Shown here: piece by piece, positions 59,467-64,000 of the stretch | Position numbering within the stretch: the stretch's first letter is position 1 | How the letters are laid out: the number at the start of each line of letters is the position of its first letter | Source: an uncultured Trueperaceae bacterium | GTDB lineage: Bacteria; Deinococcota; Deinococci; Deinococcales; Trueperaceae | Direction of reading: 5' to 3' | DNA length: 64,000 nucleotides | NCBI GenBank assembly: GCA_963727505.1 | Contig: CAVSGP010000004.1 | Coordinates: 512,001-576,000 of the forward strand | Notes under the pieces: model-generated | Database searches by the model: none | What the model saw: only the letters and a program-made list of their open reading frames with translations | What the model was told of the DNA's origin: nothing | Translations under genes and position numbers: made by a program

Positions 59467-62385
59467 ATGACCAGCCCCGCCGCGTCGCCGTTGCCCGTGG
59501 ACCCTTCGACCGTCGTCACGCTGGAGCGCGAGCTGAAGGCACGGCTGCAGGGCGAGGTGCGCTTCGACGAGACCGCCCGCACGCTCTACGCGACCGATGC
59601 CAGCCCGTACGAGATCCGGCCGATCGGCGTCGTGGTTCCACGCACGGCCGACGACGTGCGGGCCACGGTCGAACTCGCCGCGCGTCACGGCGTGCCGCTG
59701 CTCCCGCGCGGCGGCGGGACCAGCCTGGCGGGCCAGACCGTGGGCCGCGCTCTGGTCGTGGACGTGTCGAAATATCTCGACCGGGTGCTCGAGGTGAACC
59801 TCGAAGAGCGCTGGGCGCGCGTCGAGCCCGGGGTGGTACGCGACCGTCTCAACGCCGAGCTCGCGCCCCACGGCCTGCAGTTCACGCCCGACATCTCCAC
59901 CACCAGCCGCGCCAACATCGGCGGGATGGTCGCCAACAACTCGGCGGGGACGCGCAGCATCAAGTACGGCATGACGGTCGACCAGGTCGAGAGCATGCGC
60001 GTACTGTTGATGGACGGCACCGAGCTGGAGCTGGGGCCCGTCGACGACGAAGCGCTCCGAGCCAAGCTGGGTCAACGGGACCGCGAGGGCGAGCTCTACC
60101 GGACCGTGCACCACATCGTGACAGAGCACGCCGATGAGATCGACGCGCGCTATCCGAAGATCATGCGGCGCGTCGGGGGCTACAACCTCGATGAGTTCGC
60201 TCCCGGACGCCCCTTCAACCTGGCCAAGCTGGTATGCGGCAGCGAGGGCACGCTCGCCGTGATCCTGGACGTCACCGTACGCCTCGATCCCGTTCCCACC
60301 CACCGGCTGCTCGCCATGCTGCACTTCGAGACCCTGGAGAAGGCGCTCACGGCCGTGCAGCACGTGAACCGCCACGGCCCGTCGGCGGTCGAGCTGATGG
60401 ACAGGGACATCTTCGTGCTGGGCAGGCAGAATCGCGCCCTGGAGCCCCTGCTCGGCTGGCTGCAGGGCGACCCGGGCGCCGTCCTGATGGTGGAGTTCGA
60501 CGGCACCTCCCCACAGGAGATGCGCGCCGGGCTGCAGAGCCTGCAAGGAGACCCGGACGTCACCGGGCTCGCCTACGCTACGTATCTCGCCACGGCGCCC
60601 GAACAGCAGGCGCAGATCCTGCAGTTCCGGCGCGATGGGCTTGGCATCTACTCGACCGTGAAGGGGCGCAACAAGCCGACGCCCTTCGTGGAGGACAGCT
60701 CCGTGCCGGTCGAGAACCTGCCCGCCTACATCGCCGAAGTCGCCGAGGTCTGCCGTAAGCACGGCGTCCACGTCGTGTTCTACGCCCACGCCTCGGTCGG
60801 TGTGATCCACCTGCGTCCGCATCTCGACCTCAAGACCGAGCAGGGTGTCGCCGCCTTCGAGGCCATCAGCCGCGAGGTGTTCGAGCTGGTGAAGAAGTAC
60901 GGGGGGTCGTGGAGCGGCGAGCACGGTGACGGGCTGATCCGCTCCTACCAGAACCCCGCCATGTTCGGGCCGGTGCTCTACCAGGACTTCCGCGCCATCA
61001 AGGAGGCCTTCGACCCGGCGAAGCTGCTCAACCCGGGCAAGGTGGTCGACGCCCCGCCCATGACCGACGACCTGCGCTACGGCGCGGACTACCCCGAGGT
61101 GGAGCTCCCCACCCACTTCGATTTCTCCGCCGACGGCGGGTACCTCGGCGCGATCGAGAACTGCAACGGCGTGGGGGCGTGCCGCAAGGTCGGCACCGGC
61201 ACCATGTGCCCGAGCTACATGGCGACGCGCGACGAGGACCACAGCACGCGCGGGCGGGCCAACGTGCTGCGCGACGCCCTCAACGGCCGCATGCCCGGAG
61301 GTCTCACCAGCCGCGAGGTCTACGACGTGCTGGACCTGTGCCTGGAGTGCAAGGCGTGCAAGGCCGAGTGCCCCAGCCAGGTCGACATGGCGACGATCAA
61401 GTACGAGTTCTTGCAGCACTACTACGACGATCACGGCACCCCGCTGGCGGTGCGCGCCGTGGGCAACGTGGCCCGCGTCGCGCCGTTGGCACAGCGTCTG
61501 GCCCCGCTCAGCAACGCCCTGTTGCCCAGCGCGCCCGTGCGCTGGGCCATGGAGAAGCTGGTCGATGTCGACCGGCGGCGGGTGATGCCGCGCTACGCCA
61601 GGGAGACCTTCAAGCACTGGTTCGAGCGCGAGCGCGAGCGCGCATCGGTGCGGACAGCGGGCGCCGACCGCCGGGTGGCGCTGTTCGCCGACACCTGGAC
61701 GATGTTCAACGAGACGGCGCCGGGGCAGGCGGCGGTGCGGGTGCTCGAGGCGCTGGGCTACGCCGTCGAGCTGGTGCCGTACGGCTGCTGCGGGCGGCCG
61801 CAGCTGTCCAAGGGCCTGCTGCGCGAGGCCAAGGGGATGGCGCGGCGTAACGTGGAGCGGCTCCACCCCTACGTCGAGCGTGGCATCCCCGTGGTCGGGC
61901 TCGAGCCGTCCTGCGTCACCGCTCTCGCCGACGACTACCGGGGGTTGCTCCCGGGCGCCCGGACCGATGCCGTCGCCAACAACGTGGTGATGATCGACCA
62001 GTTCCTGGCCAAGGCCTGGACCCGCGGTGAGATCGATCCGTCCGCAGCCTTCGAGAAGCGGCCGGGAGAGACGATGCTGCACGGCCATTGCCAGCAGAAG
62101 GCGGTGCTGGGTACCGCTTCCACGCGAGCCGTGCTGGAGTGGGTCTCCGAGGAGGTCCGCGAGGTCGACTCCGGCTGCTGCGGCATGGCCGGATCGTTCG
62201 GCTACGGTCACCACGACCTATCGATGGCCATCGGCGAGCAACGCCTCTTCCCCGCCGTGCGCGAGCACCAGGGGGACACCGTGGCGTGTGGCTTCAGCTG
62301 CCGTCACCAGATCGCGGACGGCACCTCCAAGCAGGCGCGGCATGTCGTCGAGGTGCTGGAGGAGGCCCTCGCCCCGCGTCGTTGA
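59467..62385 (+). CDS. FAD-linked oxidase / Fe-S cluster protein (YdiJ-like)
   Basis: RGGGTSLAGQ, GEHGDG, CNGVGAC, CLECKACKAECP, CCG domains. Confidence 0.9.
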   Translation: MTSPAASPLPVDPSTVVTLERELKARLQGEVRFDETARTLYATDASPYEIRPIGVVVPRTADDVRATVELAARHGVPLLPRGGGTSLAGQTVGRALVVDVSKYLDRVLEVNLEERWARVEPGVVRDRLNAELAPHGLQFTPDISTTSRANIGGMVANNSAGTRSIKYGMTVDQVESMRVLLMDGTELELGPVDDEALRAKLGQRDREGELYRTVHHIVTEHADEIDARYPKIMRRVGGYNLDEFAPGRPFNLAKLVCGSEGTLAVILDVTVRLDPVPTHRLLAMLHFETLEKALTAVQHVNRHGPSAVELMDRDIFVLGRQNRALEPLLGWLQGDPGAVLMVEFDGTSPQEMRAGLQSLQGDPDVTGLAYATYLATAPEQQAQILQFRRDGLGIYSTVKGRNKPTPFVEDSSVPVENLPAYIAEVAEVCRKHGVHVVFYAHASVGVIHLRPHLDLKTEQGVAAFEAISREVFELVKKYGGSWSGEHGDGLIRSYQNPAMFGPVLYQDFRAIKEAFDPAKLLNPGKVVDAPPMTDDLRYGADYPEVELPTHFDFSADGGYLGAIENCNGVGACRKVGTGTMCPSYMATRDEDHSTRGRANVLRDALNGRMPGGLTSREVYDVLDLCLECKACKAECPSQVDMATIKYEFLQHYYDDHGTPLAVRAVGNVARVAPLAQRLAPLSNALLPSAPVRWAMEKLVDVDRRRVMPRYARETFKHWFERERERASVRTAGADRRVALFADTWTMFNETAPGQAAVRVLEALGYAVELVPYGCCGRPQLSKGLLREAKGMARRNVERLHPYVERGIPVVGLEPSCVTALADDYRGLLPGARTDAVANNVVMIDQFLAKAWTRGEIDPSAAFEKRPGETMLHGHCQQKAVLGTASTRAVLEWVSEEVREVDSGCCGMAGSFGYGHHDLSMAIGEQRLFPAVREHQGDTVACGFSCRHQIADGTSKQARHVVEVLEEALAPRR

Positions 62386-62616
62386 AGGCCGCTGTCGGTC
62401 CTGTACGGAGAATCCGATCGCAGCGCCCGACCGCGGCACCGGCGTGCTGCGACCGCCCCAGCAGCCCCGGCCTACGGCGTCCGAGGGCGCCCGGCGGGAA
62501 GCGGTGACGGTTGCCCGGCACCCGCCAGAGATCACGCTTACCATGCGTTAGATCGGCTTCGTGGAGCGGCCTGTCGTGCCGCGGTCAACGCCGCGGTGTT
62601 CCCTAGGAGGGGTCTC

Positions 62617-63603
62617 ATGATGAGACGGGTCGTATTGTTGTGCCTTGCGCTGGCGGCCTCGGCGTTGATGTTGTCGGCGTGCACCACCTCGAGCGGTGGT
62701 GGTGGTGCGACGAATGCCACATTCAACGGCGTGACCGCGCTCGACGCGACGGCCGGTACCGCCAGCCTCAGCGTCAGCGCCCTGGACGGCCAGGGGAACG
62801 TGGTAAGCACGGGCACGCTCTCGGACCCCGCCGCCACGGTGACGTCGGTGTCTGACAGCGGAGGGCCGGTCGCGACGTCGTACTCGGCCAACGCCACGAT
62901 CTGCGGGCAGATCACCGGCAGCAGCGGCGACATCACCGGGATCCTGACGCTCGACGCCACGGGCTCGATGTCCTCGAGCGACCCCACCATGCTGCGCGCA
63001 GATGCGGCCAAGGGGTTCGTCGCTCGCATGGCTTCGACCGATCGTGCCGCCGTCGCGTCGTTCGACACGAGCGTGACGCCCACTTCCGGATACCTGGCCA
63101 TCTACCTGCACCAGCCGCTCACGTCAGACAAGACCCAACTGGACACCGCCATCGACGCGGCAACGTACAACGGTGGCACCACCAACCTGTGGGACGCTGG
63201 CGTCGACAGCGCCAACTACCTCGCCGCGGTCACCGGCAGCAACAAGATGGCCCTGCTCCTCACCGACGGCGCGGACAACGCCTCCTCGAGCACGCCGGCG
63301 AACGTCGTCACGGCGGCCCAGGCAGCCGGCGTGAAGGTCTACACGGTGGGCCTGGGGAGCTACGTCGACTCGCAGGATCTGATCGACATCGCTTCGCAGA
63401 CGGGCGGGACCTACACCCAGGTGCAGGACGCCACCGACCTCAGCGCCCTGTTCAACAGCATCTTCAACGCCACCCAGGCGGCGGGCTGCATCCAGGTGCA
63501 GTTCAGCCCCGTTCCCGCGTCCGGCCACATCCTTCATGGTCAGCTGACCTTCAAGCTCGACGGCCAGCTGCTGACCGCCAACTACACCGTCGTCTTCCCG
63601 TAA
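62617..63603 (+). CDS. VWA-domain lipoprotein
   Basis: AGGAGG RBS, lipobox LSA|C, MIDAS-like DATGSM, LLTDG, TGG. Confidence 0.85.
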   Translation: MMRRVVLLCLALAASALMLSACTTSSGGGGATNATFNGVTALDATAGTASLSVSALDGQGNVVSTGTLSDPAATVTSVSDSGGPVATSYSANATICGQITGSSGDITGILTLDATGSMSSSDPTMLRADAAKGFVARMASTDRAAVASFDTSVTPTSGYLAIYLHQPLTSDKTQLDTAIDAATYNGGTTNLWDAGVDSANYLAAVTGSNKMALLLTDGADNASSSTPANVVTAAQAAGVKVYTVGLGSYVDSQDLIDIASQTGGTYTQVQDATDLSALFNSIFNATQAAGCIQVQFSPVPASGHILHGQLTFKLDGQLLTANYTVVFP

Positions 63604-63648
63604 CGCCTGTCTTCCGGTGGGCCGTGGCCTCGCGCCATGGCCCACCGG

Positions 63649-64000
63649 TCACATCTCCTGCGGAGCCTCGATCCCCAGGAGCCCCAGCGCCTCGGCCAGT
63701 GTGGACCGCACCCGGTCGACGAGCGCAAGGCGCGCTTCACGCTGGCCCGGCGCGGACTTGAGCACCTGCGTGTCCGGTCGACCGTCCGGGCCCTTGTGGT
63801 TGTAGTAGCCGTTCCAGGCGGTCGCTAGGTCGAGGGCATACTGCGCCAACAGGTGGGGCGCCAGGTCGCGCGCGGCGGCCTCCACCACTGCGGGGAAGCG
63901 GAGGATGGCCTGCGCCAGACGCACCTCGAGACTCCCGAGGACGGCGAAGTCGGCCTGCGTGCGCCCGATGCCCTCGGCCTCGGCCGCGCGCAGGATGCTG
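63649..64000 (-). CDS. argS: Arginine--tRNA ligase, C-terminal part (5' end beyond window)
   Basis: DALR anticodon domain: PHLLAQYALDLATAWNGYY...ARLAL...LLGIEAPQEM. Confidence 0.9.
   Translation of the reverse strand, partial: SILRAAEAEGIGRTQADFAVLGSLEVRLAQAILRFPAVVEAAARDLAPHLLAQYALDLATAWNGYYNHKGPDGRPDTQVLKSAPGQREARLALVDRVRSTLAEALGLLGIEAPQEM

Overview
GC-rich (~70%) bacterial chromosome segment, most likely Deinococcota (Truepera-like). This rests on the RecJ, TrmB and five-domain S1 architectures and the many leaderless genes. Most of the window is housekeeping: trxB, trmB, plsX, rpsA, mnmA, recJ, argS (partial), an Lpt-like operon, peptidases and ABC transporters. The notable part is a regulatory island at ~42.9-51.3 kb with a lower-GC core at ~44.3-50.6 kb. 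It holds a LuxR-HTH regulator, two TPR + winged-HTH regulators (both broken by +1 indels, probably sequencing errors), a THUMP methyltransferase and a membrane HD-GYP phosphodiesterase. It also holds a 33-codon ORF missing from the ORF track (48780-48881, minus), which reads as a Sec signal peptide plus the heptapeptide GSHFSQR, with its own promoter, RBS and terminator, divergent from a TPR regulator. This looks like an RRNPP/arbitrium-like peptide communication system outside Firmicutes. An apparent RNA layer accompanies it. A C/U-rich sRNA candidate (~51220-51307) is complementary to GGAAGAGAUG/UGGGAG motifs in the peptide mRNA leader, in a neighbouring G-rich sRNA candidate and in the leader of a distant LOV-like/GGDEF/EAL gene. 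All functions are inferred from motifs read by eye; no database search was run.
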